From Spirochaetia bacterium (GTDB lineage Bacteria > Spirochaetota > Spirochaetia > CAKZLE01): DNA of 64,000 bases. The stretch covers positions 1,696,001 through 1,760,000 of the forward strand of contig OY782041.1 of the NCBI GenBank assembly GCA_963677595.1, written 5' to 3'. Both the position numbers and the translations under genes were made by a program. The number at the start of each line of letters is the position of its first letter. Position 1 is the first letter of the stretch. Below the pieces are notes generated by a model. The model was not told the origin of the DNA and did no database searches. It was given only the letters and a program-made list of their open reading frames with translations. This document shows positions 48,197 through 57,247 of the stretch, piece after piece.

Positions 48197-49177
48197 ATGG
48201 ATCTATCAAAAGAAAGGCTGTTGGAGTTCTACGACATGATGAACCGAATACGCCGTTTTGAAGAACAGTGCAAAGACAGCTTTGCCCTCGGTGAAGTCCA
48301 GGGGTTCGTACACCTGAGTATCGGAGAGGAAGCCGTACCTACCGGCGTGAGTGCCTGTTTGAACGCGGATGATTACATCACCAGTACCCACAGGGGACAC
48401 GGTCATGTACTGGCAAAGGGAGCTGACCCCAAGATCATGCTCGCAGAGCTCTGCGGTCGAGTCGACGGCTACAACAAGGGAAAGGGCGGATCGATGCACA
48501 TCGCCAACCGAGCCCTCGGTATCCTTGGTGCCAACGGTATCGTCGGTGCAGGACAGACCATCTCTGTCGGTGCGGCTCTTGCATCCAAGATCAAGAAAGA
48601 CGGCAAAGTGACTGTCTGCTACTTCGGTGACGGTGCAAGCAACGAAGGTTCCTTCCACGAGGCACTGAACTTCGCATCAGTACATAAGCTCCCGGTCATT
48701 TTCGCCTGCAGCAACAACATGTACGCGATCTCTACCCGGTTCCACCGTTCATCGAACAACGTGAACATCGCAGACCGTGCAGTCGGCTACGGGATCCCCG
48801 GGGTCATCGTGGACGGCAACGATGTGGTCGCAGTCTATGAGGAGACCCAGAAGGCTGTCGAACGGGCACGGAATGGTGAAGGCCCGACCCTCATGGAGTT
48901 CAAGACCTTCAAGCACCGAGGACACTTCGAGGGTGATGCAGCAGCATACCGACCGGTCGAGGAACTCGAGGAATGGCTGGCTAAGGACCCGCTCACGGTC
49001 ATGAAGGCCAAGCTCCTTGCTGACAAGGTCGCTACCGAGGAAGAGCTTGCAGTCATCGAGGAGAAGGCGATCGCTGAGATCGCAGCAGCCCGTGAGTTCG
49101 CATTGAACAGTCCCTTCGCGGATGAGACATCAGTTTTGAAAGACCTGTATTCCGACCTGGTCGAGGAGGGGAGATAA
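48197..49177 (+). CDS. acoA: Acetoin/2-oxoacid dehydrogenase E1 alpha subunit
   Basis: GFVHLSIGEEA, STHRGHGH, GKGGSMH, FGDGASNEG ThDP motif, GHFEGD. Confidence 0.85.
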   Translation: MDLSKERLLEFYDMMNRIRRFEEQCKDSFALGEVQGFVHLSIGEEAVPTGVSACLNADDYITSTHRGHGHVLAKGADPKIMLAELCGRVDGYNKGKGGSMHIANRALGILGANGIVGAGQTISVGAALASKIKKDGKVTVCYFGDGASNEGSFHEALNFASVHKLPVIFACSNNMYAISTRFHRSSNNVNIADRAVGYGIPGVIVDGNDVVAVYEETQKAVERARNGEGPTLMEFKTFKHRGHFEGDAAAYRPVEELEEWLAKDPLTVMKAKLLADKVATEEELAVIEEKAIAEIAAAREFALNSPFADETSVLKDLYSDLVEEGR

Positions 49178-49178
49178 T

Positions 49179-50159
49179 ATGTTGATGAAACGAATGACCT
49201 ACGGAGCAGCGATCAACGCTGCCATTGATAAAGAGATGGAGCGCGATGAGCGGGTATTCTGCATCGGTGAGGACGTAGCCGTGATGGGCGGTTCCTTCGG
49301 TGTCACCCGTAACCTCCTTGAGAAGTATGGCGAGGAGCGGTGTATCGATACCCCGATCTCAGAAGAGCTGGTCGTCGGTGCCTCAATCGGCGCTGCCGCT
49401 ACCGGGCTCGTGCCTGTGGCCGAGATCATGTTCGGCGACTTCATGACCGCATGTATGGACCAGCTGGTGAACCAGGCTGCCAAGATGCGCTATATGTACG
49501 GCGGAGACATCTCGCTGCCGATGGTAGTACGGTTCCCAGGCGGCGGCGGTATCTCCGCAGCGGCACAGCACTCACAGAATCTCGAGGCATGGCTTGCCCA
49601 CGTACCGGGCCTGAAAGTCGTCTACCCCTCGACCCCTGAAGATGCGTATGGCCTGATGATGACTGCGATCAGGGATGACAACCCCGTCATGTTCTTCGAG
49701 CACAAGGTCCTCTACGGAAAGGGCGTGAAGATCGACCTCGATGCTGAGGCAATACCGTTCGGCAAGGCCCGGATCCATAAGGAAGGGACCGACATCACGC
49801 TCGTAGCAACCGGACTGTATGTGTCCAGGGCCCTGAAGGTCGCCAAGGCGATGGAAGCAGAGGGGATCAGCGTGGAAGTCATCGACCCGAGAACCCTCTA
49901 TCCCCTCGACAAACAGGCGATCCTTGACTCAGTCGCAAAGACCGGCCGGTTCATGGTCGTCACCGAGGAGTGCAAGCGGGGCGCATGGTCTGCTGAGCTC
50001 GCATCCATCGTGGCTGAAGAGGCGTTCGACAAGCTGAAGAAGCCGATCGCGCGGCTTGGCTCACTGAACGTTCCCGCACCGTTCTCTGGTAACCTCGAGA
50101 ACTATGTCATGCCGAGACAGGAAGACATAGAAGCAGCGATCAAGGGCCTGATGGCATAA
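49179..50159 (+). CDS. acoB: Acetoin/2-oxoacid dehydrogenase E1 beta subunit
   Basis: IGEDV, DTPISE, EIMFGDF, AAQHSQ, FFEHK. Confidence 0.85.
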   Translation: MLMKRMTYGAAINAAIDKEMERDERVFCIGEDVAVMGGSFGVTRNLLEKYGEERCIDTPISEELVVGASIGAAATGLVPVAEIMFGDFMTACMDQLVNQAAKMRYMYGGDISLPMVVRFPGGGGISAAAQHSQNLEAWLAHVPGLKVVYPSTPEDAYGLMMTAIRDDNPVMFFEHKVLYGKGVKIDLDAEAIPFGKARIHKEGTDITLVATGLYVSRALKVAKAMEAEGISVEVIDPRTLYPLDKQAILDSVAKTGRFMVVTEECKRGAWSAELASIVAEEAFDKLKKPIARLGSLNVPAPFSGNLENYVMPRQEDIEAAIKGLMA

Positions 50160-50161
50160 CG

Positions 50162-51535
50162 ATGAAGATATCCATCATCGGGGGCGGACCCGGCGGCTAT
50201 GTGGCAGCACTCAAGGCTGCCATCCTGGGCGCCGAGGTCCACCTTGTGGAAAAGAAGCGGTTGGGGGGCACCTGCCTGAACCAAGGGTGCATCCCCACCA
50301 AGGCCTACTTAAGCTGTGCTGACCTGTACGACGGGATCATGAAGGCCCCGGGGTTCGGAATCGACCTGGCAGGGGAGGCTACCCTCGACTTCGGGAAGAT
50401 CTACCAGCGGAAGCATGCCGTGGTGAAGCAGCTCGTTGACGGGGTGACCTATCTGCTGAACAAGCGGAAGGTGACCGTCTACCAGGGAACCGGCTCACTG
50501 GTCTCGAACCATGCCGTCAAGGTGACCTTCGAGGACGGGCAGACCGAAACCATAGAGACTGACAGGATCATCATTGCGACCGGATCAGTACCGATCCTCC
50601 CGCCGCTCTTCAAGTTCGACGGGAAGCAGGTGATAAGCAGCGACGAAGCGCTGCAGCTCGATACCCTGCCTGCATCAATGATCATCGTCGGCGGGGGAGT
50701 CATCGGCTGTGAGTTCGGGCAGTTCTTCCGGAAGATGGGCGTGGAGGTCTCGATCGTCGAGATGCTGAAGACCCTGCTGCCCATGGAGGACCCAGATGTG
50801 TCGCAGATCCTCCAGAAGAAGATGAAGAAGGAGAAGGTGGCCTTCTACCTCGGCAAGGGCGTCGAGACCGTGGATGTGGGAGAGGGGTCAGTGACCTGCA
50901 CCCTCACCACTGGTGAGACGCTGACCGCGGAGAAGATACTCGTCTCCATCGGCAGGAGGGCGAATACCGCCTCGCTCGGGCTCGAGGAGCTCGGGATCGC
51001 AGTCGAACGGGGGAAGATCGTCGTCGATGAGACGATGAGGACCAGCCTCGAGGACGTATACGCGATCGGCGACGTGGTGGATACCCCGTTCCTGGCGCAC
51101 GTAGCCTCCAAGGAGGGCGTCGTCGCGGTGGAGAACATCATGGGCAGGCAGTCGAAGGCGCTCTACCATGCCGTGCCGAGATGCGTCTATACCGAACCGG
51201 AGATCGCCGCGGTAGGCATCACCGAGAAGGAAGCCGCCGCAAAGGGGATCGACTACCGGACCGGTAAGTTCATCTTTGCCGGGATCGGCAAGGCGATGGT
51301 GATCGGGAAGACCGAAGGCTTCGTGAAGGTCATCACCGATGAGGCCGACCGGATCATCGGGGCTTCGGTGACCGGGGCCCATGCGACAGACCTGCTTGCG
51401 GAGCTGACGCTCTGCGTGCACCTTGGTCTTACCGCGAAGGACCTCGGGGAGGTGATCCATCCCCACCCGACGCTGTCGGAAGCTATCATGGAGGCTGCTC
51501 ATGATGTACATAACGAAGCAGCCCATTCATTCTAA
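50162..51535 (+). CDS. lpdA: Dihydrolipoyl dehydrogenase (E3)
   Basis: GGGPGGY, GGTCLNQGCIP, GGGVIG, HPHPTLSE. Confidence 0.93.
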   Translation: MKISIIGGGPGGYVAALKAAILGAEVHLVEKKRLGGTCLNQGCIPTKAYLSCADLYDGIMKAPGFGIDLAGEATLDFGKIYQRKHAVVKQLVDGVTYLLNKRKVTVYQGTGSLVSNHAVKVTFEDGQTETIETDRIIIATGSVPILPPLFKFDGKQVISSDEALQLDTLPASMIIVGGGVIGCEFGQFFRKMGVEVSIVEMLKTLLPMEDPDVSQILQKKMKKEKVAFYLGKGVETVDVGEGSVTCTLTTGETLTAEKILVSIGRRANTASLGLEELGIAVERGKIVVDETMRTSLEDVYAIGDVVDTPFLAHVASKEGVVAVENIMGRQSKALYHAVPRCVYTEPEIAAVGITEKEAAAKGIDYRTGKFIFAGIGKAMVIGKTEGFVKVITDEADRIIGASVTGAHATDLLAELTLCVHLGLTAKDLGEVIHPHPTLSEAIMEAAHDVHNEAAHSF

Positions 51536-51550
51536 CGAGGAGAGAGAACA

Positions 51551-51814
51551 ATGGCAGTAAAAGTAGTGATGCCCAAACTGGGCTTGACCATGGAAGAGGG
51601 GACCATCATCGAGTGGGCCAAGGAAGAGGGCGACAGCGTCGAGAAGGGAGAAGTGCTCTTCTCCGTCGAGACCGAGAAGATCACCAATGACGTCGAGGCT
51701 ATGGCCAGCGGGACCCTGCTGAAGATCCTGGTCCCGGATGATGAGACTGTGGATGTTCTGACGACCGTGGCTATCATCGGCGAAGAGGGTGAAGACTATT
51801 CAGGTCTTCTCTAG
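51551..51814 (+). CDS. Stand-alone lipoyl-domain protein
   Basis: MPKLGLTMEEG..W.K.EGD..VETEKIT (lipoyl Lys). Own stop codon. Confidence 0.88.
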   Translation: MAVKVVMPKLGLTMEEGTIIEWAKEEGDSVEKGEVLFSVETEKITNDVEAMASGTLLKILVPDDETVDVLTTVAIIGEEGEDYSGLL

Positions 51815-51831
51815 GAAACGGGGAGGAAGAC

Positions 51832-52506
51832 GTGTCTCGAACGTACAAAGCCAGAGGAATACGGAAGATAGTTGCCGAGCGAATGGTTGAGAGCTGGCAT
51901 ACTTCCCCTGCAGTGCAGTATATAGCGAGCTGTGACATGAGCGCGATCGCCCCTTTCAGGGCGAAGCTGCTCGAACAACTCGGGCGGAAGGTCTCCGTGA
52001 ACGTGATCTTCGCCAAGGCTGTCGCGAAAGCGCTGAAGGAGTATCCGAGCCTGAACGGGAGCTATAACGACGGCGAGATAACGCTGTTTGACGAAGTGCA
52101 TGTAGGGTTCGCCGTGGGACTCAAGGAGGGGGTCATGGTCCCGGTCTGCCGGAACACAGACCAGAGATCCTTCCTCGAGACGGCAGAGGAACTGGATCGT
52201 CTGTTCGCGGGAGCGCGGAACATGACGTTGAGCCTGGATGATATCAAGGGGAGCACGTTCACCATCACCAATGTGGGACTGAACCCTGACATAGAAGTCC
52301 ATACGCCCATCATCAACCAGCCGGAAGTGGCGATCCTCGGGGTCTATGCCCCGGTGGACACCCCGGTGGTGCGGGATGGGGAGATCGTGATCAGGCCGAT
52401 GATGAAGCTCTCATTGGTCGCCGATCACCGGCTTGTCGACGGACTGCCCGCCGGCGAGTTCATCAGCAGGCTGAAAGCCCTGCTCGAGGACCCGGAGCTT
52501 ATATAG
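51832..52506 (+). CDS. Dihydrolipoamide acyltransferase (E2) catalytic domain only
   Basis: GSTFTITNVG, PIINQPEVAILG, DHRLVDG. GTG start after its own RBS GGGAGGA. Confidence 0.88.
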   Translation: MSRTYKARGIRKIVAERMVESWHTSPAVQYIASCDMSAIAPFRAKLLEQLGRKVSVNVIFAKAVAKALKEYPSLNGSYNDGEITLFDEVHVGFAVGLKEGVMVPVCRNTDQRSFLETAEELDRLFAGARNMTLSLDDIKGSTFTITNVGLNPDIEVHTPIINQPEVAILGVYAPVDTPVVRDGEIVIRPMMKLSLVADHRLVDGLPAGEFISRLKALLEDPELI

Positions 52507-52574
52507 GTTTCAACAGGGCGGTTGCCGCCCTGAAACATACAAACAATACCATAATGAATAAGGAAGGTAATGAC

Positions 52575-52976
52575 ATGGCAGTAGATTATTTAAGTGATGA
52601 ATGGCTGGCTCAGATGCAGGAAGGCCTCAAGAAAGAGTTCGCTGATAAAGGGCGAGTGACTGTGACGTTCGCACAGGGTGTCGAAGGCATCCCCGGAAAG
52701 GAAGACTGGTACCTGCTCATGACCCTGAAAGATTCCCAGTATGTCGATTACTGCATGGGACCGATCGACGACCTCCCGGAAGAGACCCAGTTCAAGGTAT
52801 TCGGTGACTTCTCAGTATACAAGGGGATCATCGAAGGCAACATCGACGGCAGCAAGTGCCTCATGACCGGACAGCTCTCACTCGAGGGGAACATGGTCAA
52901 GGCAGTGGCCCTGATGGGAACCTACAACAGGCTCGAGTCTGTACAGCGATCCATCGAGACCAATTTTCCTGGTTAA
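52575..52976 (+). CDS. SCP2 sterol/lipid-binding domain protein
   Basis: YLSDEW N-terminus, G.IDG...LMTGQLSLEGNM C-terminal pattern. Confidence 0.72.
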   Translation: MAVDYLSDEWLAQMQEGLKKEFADKGRVTVTFAQGVEGIPGKEDWYLLMTLKDSQYVDYCMGPIDDLPEETQFKVFGDFSVYKGIIEGNIDGSKCLMTGQLSLEGNMVKAVALMGTYNRLESVQRSIETNFPG

Positions 52977-53042
52977 TACCTGACATCCCCCGGGAGAACG
53001 GCTTCTGGGGGATGAACTTTGTTCTCAAAAAAGGAGGAATGT

Positions 53043-54068
53043 ATGAGGGCACAACGGCTTAAGGGCCTGAAAGAGTTTGAGTTAGTTGAGATCGAGCAGC
53101 CTGTATCGGTAGACGGACAGGTCATCGTGAAGATAGAGACCTGCGGTATCTGCGGTACCGACCTCCATTACTGGAAGGAGTCCGAGTACGCAGCAGGCTG
53201 GATCATGGGACATGAGTGCGGCGGGTACGTCGTAGACCCGGGCGACAGGGAAGACCTGGCTGAGGGCGACAGGGTCGTCGTTATCCCGGGAAACCCCTGC
53301 GGGGAATGCTACTACTGCCTGGCAAACAAGCCGGCAAAGTGCCTGAACGTGACGGAGTTCGTCGGCGGCGGGATTGACGGTGCTTATGCCGAGTACCTGG
53401 CAATGCGGTCTGACATGATCCTGCCCCTGCCGGATGAGATCTCCTTCGACGAGGCAGCCATGGTAGAACCGGGTGCGGTAGCAAACCATGTCTCCAAGAT
53501 GGCAAAAGTGAAAGAAGGCGAGCAGATCCTCATCGCGGGCTGCGGCATCATTGGACTGCTCACGGCAGTCATGTGCCGGAACAGGGGTGCTTCAGAGATC
53601 GTCATGACCGACGTGAACCAGTACCGGCTTGACACCGCCCTGAAGATGGGCATCGCCGACAAGGTACTCAATGCGACCGACAGCGACTACGTGGAGAAGG
53701 CGAACGCCATGACCGAGATGAACCTCGGCTTCTGGAAGTACATCGACTGTGTCGGGAATGCACGGGCGCTGAAGACGAACATCGGGGTCGTCCGGGCAGA
53801 GGGCGAGATCATCATGGCAGGCTTCCCTACCGTCGACATCCCGGTAGATATCATGAACTTCGACAAGAAGGAGCTCTCCATGCAGGGGATCTTCGGCTAC
53901 GAGGTACAGGACATCATCGAGGTGATCGGTATGCTCGCTACCAAGCAGGTAGACATGGCACAGTTCATCACCGACCATATCAAGCTTGATGGGCTGCAGG
54001 AGGCGTACGAACGACTCACCAGCAGCGACAACAAGGATATCAAGATCATCGTGAATCCACAGCTATAG
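53043..54068 (+). CDS. Zn-dependent alcohol/diol dehydrogenase (2,3-butanediol dehydrogenase-like)
   Basis: CGICGTD, GHE, CGECYYC...C structural Zn site, GCGIIG. Confidence 0.85.
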   Translation: MRAQRLKGLKEFELVEIEQPVSVDGQVIVKIETCGICGTDLHYWKESEYAAGWIMGHECGGYVVDPGDREDLAEGDRVVVIPGNPCGECYYCLANKPAKCLNVTEFVGGGIDGAYAEYLAMRSDMILPLPDEISFDEAAMVEPGAVANHVSKMAKVKEGEQILIAGCGIIGLLTAVMCRNRGASEIVMTDVNQYRLDTALKMGIADKVLNATDSDYVEKANAMTEMNLGFWKYIDCVGNARALKTNIGVVRAEGEIIMAGFPTVDIPVDIMNFDKKELSMQGIFGYEVQDIIEVIGMLATKQVDMAQFITDHIKLDGLQEAYERLTSSDNKDIKIIVNPQL

Positions 54069-54139
54069 GCTATATATAACCGAATTGCCGGCAGCCACGC
54101 CGTTGGCTGGCTGCCGGAACACTTATTACCGGAGAGGAT

Positions 54140-55939
54140 ATGAGTATGAGAACCTCGTATACAGGAAAGATACTGAGAGTGAACCTGACGGAGGCCAAGA
54201 CCTCTGTCGAGGACCTGAACATGGAATATGCCAGGCAGTACATCGGGGGGCGGGGACTCGGTTCCCGGATGCTCCTCGATGAGATCGACCCCATGGTCGA
54301 TCCGCTGTCTGTAGAGAATAAACTGATCTTCATCACCGGCCCATTGACCGGGGTGAGGATCTCGACGGGGAACCGCTTCATGGTGGTGACCAAGTCCCCC
54401 CTGAACAATTGCATCGCCTCCTCGAACAGCGGCGGTGTCTGGGGGGCGAAGCTGAAGTTCGTCGGCTATGACGCGATCATCGTCGAGGGAAGTTCCGAGA
54501 CACCAGTCTACCTGGACATCACGCCTGAGAGCGTGGAGATCAGGGATGCATCGGCCCTCTGGGGCAAGGATACCCTCGATGTGGAGGAGACCCTGAAGGA
54601 GGGGAACAAGGATACCTCGGTGTTGAACATCAGCCCCGCAGGCGAGACGCTCTCGCTCATGGCCGCCATCATGAACGATGGGGACCGGGCAGCTGCACGG
54701 ACCGGGGTCGGTGCGGTCATGGGGTCGAAGAAGCTCAAGGCGATCAGGCTCACGGTGAAGAACTCGGCAGTCGACACGGCTGACGAGGAGTTCTCCGCGA
54801 CCACGAAGGAGATCGCCGGGCAGATGAAGATGAACATGCTGACCGGTGTGGCCCTCCCGGCCTACGGGACCGCAGTCAACGTCGGCGTGCTCAACGATGT
54901 GGGGGGCTTCCCCCACAAGAACTGGCAGGAAGGCTACTTCGAGAAGTACGAGAACACCTCCGGGGAGACCCTCCAGGAGCAGCATCTCGTGAAGAACGCC
55001 TTCTGCTACCGGTGCTCGATCGGGTGCACGAGGGTCGTCGACCTGGACGGGCACCACATCGCAGGTCCTGAGTACGAGACCCTCTGGGGTTTCGGCGGAA
55101 ATGCCGACAACGACAACATGGAGTCCATCTTCCGGGCGAACCATATGTGCAACGAGTACGGCCTCGATACCATCTCCACCTCCAGCACCATCGCCTGCGG
55201 CATGGAGCTCTATGAGCGGGGCATGATCAGTGAGTCCGACTGCGAAGGCTACCCCCTCGAGTTCGGCAACTGGCAGAACATGCTGAAATGGGTCGAGCGG
55301 ATCGGCAAGGGTGAGACTCAGCTCGGGAAGCTGATGGCTAAGGGGTCATATGCCCTGGCTGAGGCTTACGGGGATGCAGGCTATTCCATGTCGGTGAAGA
55401 AGCTCGAGATGCCGGCCTACGACCCCCGTGCGCTGCAGGGGATGGGGCTCAACTATGCCACCTCCAACCGGGGCGGCTGCCACGTCCGTGGCAACACGGT
55501 CGTGTCTGAGGTCATGGGGATCCCTGACCCCTACGACAGGCTGGGGACCGAGGACAAGGCAGAACTGGTCGTGCACCTCCAGGACATGAGCGCGCTCATC
55601 GACTCCCTGGGGATGTGCCTGTTCACGAGCTTCTCCATCTCCGATGAGCAGTACTGCATGCTCTACAACAAGGCGACCGGGTTCGACCTCTCCCTGGAGG
55701 AGTTCCACCAGGCCGCGAGGAGGATCTACTCCTTCGAGCGCTATTTCAACAAACTTGCGGGGATGGACCCTGCAGATGACACGCTGCCGAAGCGACTGCT
55801 CACTGAACCGTTGACCAACGAGTTCTCCGAAGGGTCAGTCAACAGGCTGCATGAGATGCTCCCACGGTATTATGAGCTGCGCGGTTGGGAATCGGGGTTC
55901 CCGACCGACGAGACTCTGACACAGCTCTCGATACCATGA
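54140..55939 (+). CDS. aor: Aldehyde:ferredoxin oxidoreductase (W/Mo-pterin)
   Basis: YIGGRGLG, KSPL, RTGVGAVMGSKKLKAI, CYRCSIGC, GPEYET, YDPR, TSNRGGCH, YYELRGW. Confidence 0.9.
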   Translation: MSMRTSYTGKILRVNLTEAKTSVEDLNMEYARQYIGGRGLGSRMLLDEIDPMVDPLSVENKLIFITGPLTGVRISTGNRFMVVTKSPLNNCIASSNSGGVWGAKLKFVGYDAIIVEGSSETPVYLDITPESVEIRDASALWGKDTLDVEETLKEGNKDTSVLNISPAGETLSLMAAIMNDGDRAAARTGVGAVMGSKKLKAIRLTVKNSAVDTADEEFSATTKEIAGQMKMNMLTGVALPAYGTAVNVGVLNDVGGFPHKNWQEGYFEKYENTSGETLQEQHLVKNAFCYRCSIGCTRVVDLDGHHIAGPEYETLWGFGGNADNDNMESIFRANHMCNEYGLDTISTSSTIACGMELYERGMISESDCEGYPLEFGNWQNMLKWVERIGKGETQLGKLMAKGSYALAEAYGDAGYSMSVKKLEMPAYDPRALQGMGLNYATSNRGGCHVRGNTVVSEVMGIPDPYDRLGTEDKAELVVHLQDMSALIDSLGMCLFTSFSISDEQYCMLYNKATGFDLSLEEFHQAARRIYSFERYFNKLAGMDPADDTLPKRLLTEPLTNEFSEGSVNRLHEMLPRYYELRGWESGFPTDETLTQLSIP

Positions 55940-56157
55940 TAACGATACGGCTCTATTCGCTGCTGCGGAAGGGCAGGGGTAAAGAGGTTTCCCTGCCCTT
56001 CCAGGAGGGCCTGACGGTACGTGACGTACTTGATGCCCTCGAGATCATGGATGCGGAGGTAGGGGTGGTCCTCCACAAGGGGACCCGCCTCGAGTACCAC
56101 AGGCTGCTCTCCCGGAATGACACCATCTCCGTCTTCCCGCTGGGCATCGGCGGTTGA
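55936..56157 (+). CDS. MoaD/ThiS-family sulfur carrier
   Basis: 73-aa beta-grasp protein ending in GG, ATGA overlap with aor. Confidence 0.85.
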   Translation: MITIRLYSLLRKGRGKEVSLPFQEGLTVRDVLDALEIMDAEVGVVLHKGTRLEYHRLLSRNDTISVFPLGIGG

Positions 56158-56226
56158 GCCAACTTTGCTGGAAAAAAGATTTCTAGAATACTCACTGATC
56201 ACCCGAACAAAAAGAGGAGGAAACGG

Positions 56227-57012
56227 ATGGATAAGAAGACTGTATGGATCTCAGGTGCGGCTAACGGCATCGGCAGGGCTACGGCCAGGCTGTTCTCGAA
56301 GAAGGGCTACTACGTAGGCCTGGCTGATATAAACGAGGCGGGGCTGCAGCAGCTGCAGAAGGAGCTGGGAGTCAAGAATTCCCATTACATGGTCTGCGAC
56401 GTATCGGACTCGGCGAGTGTCGAGGCTGCCTTCGCATCATTCGCCGAGAAGACCGGCGGGAAGCTGGACCTGCTCATCGAGAATGCCGGGATCCTGGCGG
56501 TGAGCTACTTCGAGGAGACACCGATCGAGAAGTACCGGAAGATGATAGATGTCAATGCCTTCGGCTATGTGAACCAGGCATACTATGCGCTCCCCTACCT
56601 GAAGAAGGCCAAGAACGCCCATGTCATCCTCATCTCCTCATCAGCGAGCATCTGGGGGATACCGTTCTATTCCGTCTATGCCGGCACGAAGGCCTTCGTG
56701 AAGAGCCTGACTGAGTCGCTCAGGACCGAGTTCAGCCGGTTCGGCATCACCGTGAACAGCGTGCTGCCCCATATGGTCAAGACCGCGATGGAAGAGACCC
56801 AGATCCAGGGCGGCGCCGCCCCGGACCAGTTCAAGATCACCCCGGAGATGACCGCAAAGGTCATCTGGAAAGCCGCCAACAAGCCGGTCAAGCTCCATTG
56901 GGTCATGGGTGAGAACATCGGGCTGTTCTTCTTCCTCAAGCGGATCAAGTCAGACCTCGGCATGATGAAGCTGGTGAAGAAGGTCCTCTACGACCCGTTC
57001 GTGAAGGCCTGA
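56227..57012 (+). CDS. SDR-family oxidoreductase
   Basis: SGAANGIG, NAG, SS, YAGTK catalytic motif. Confidence 0.9.
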   Translation: MDKKTVWISGAANGIGRATARLFSKKGYYVGLADINEAGLQQLQKELGVKNSHYMVCDVSDSASVEAAFASFAEKTGGKLDLLIENAGILAVSYFEETPIEKYRKMIDVNAFGYVNQAYYALPYLKKAKNAHVILISSSASIWGIPFYSVYAGTKAFVKSLTESLRTEFSRFGITVNSVLPHMVKTAMEETQIQGGAAPDQFKITPEMTAKVIWKAANKPVKLHWVMGENIGLFFFLKRIKSDLGMMKLVKKVLYDPFVKA

Positions 57013-57025
57013 CGGGATACAGAAG

Positions 57026-57049
57026 AGCCCGGCTGTCAAGCCGGGCTTT
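57026..57049 (+). terminator. Probable terminator of the aco-like operon
   Basis: AGCCCGGCT-GTCA-AGCCGGGCT followed by TT. Confidence 0.6.
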
Positions 57050-57075
57050 CCCAGGACCACACACCTCATGCAATC
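57050..57075 (+). repeat. Outer direct repeat, left (26 bp)
   Basis: CCCAGGACCACACACCTCATGCAATC, identical to 58755-58780. Confidence 0.93.
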
Positions 57076-57189
57076 TGTGTAAACTTAAAAATGAATTTTT
57101 CCTCCTTATAGCTCTTCCGGTAAACTCCAAGGAGTCGATGGAAGACCCTGCCGGGTTGTGGCTCTGACGTGATCTGATCAGTAAAAACC

Positions 57190-57241
57190 AACAGTACGCA
57201 AAGTAATATTTTCCAAAACCCCCTATAGTGCGCAGAGTAAT
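57190..57241 (+). repeat. Inner direct repeat, left (52 bp)
   Basis: 51/52 identical to 58663-58714. Contains two 15-bp boxes, AGTACGCAAAGTAAT and AGTGCGCAGAGTAAT. Confidence 0.93.
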
Positions 57242-57247
57242 AGCGAC

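Noticed and set aside
47969-57081. 16/17 match CTCATGCAAT(G/C)TGTGTA at 47969 and 57065 bracketing the aco operon
   Set aside because: Short enough to arise by chance in 64 kb, and it would separate the operon from its activator. Worth rechecking only if an empty site is found.
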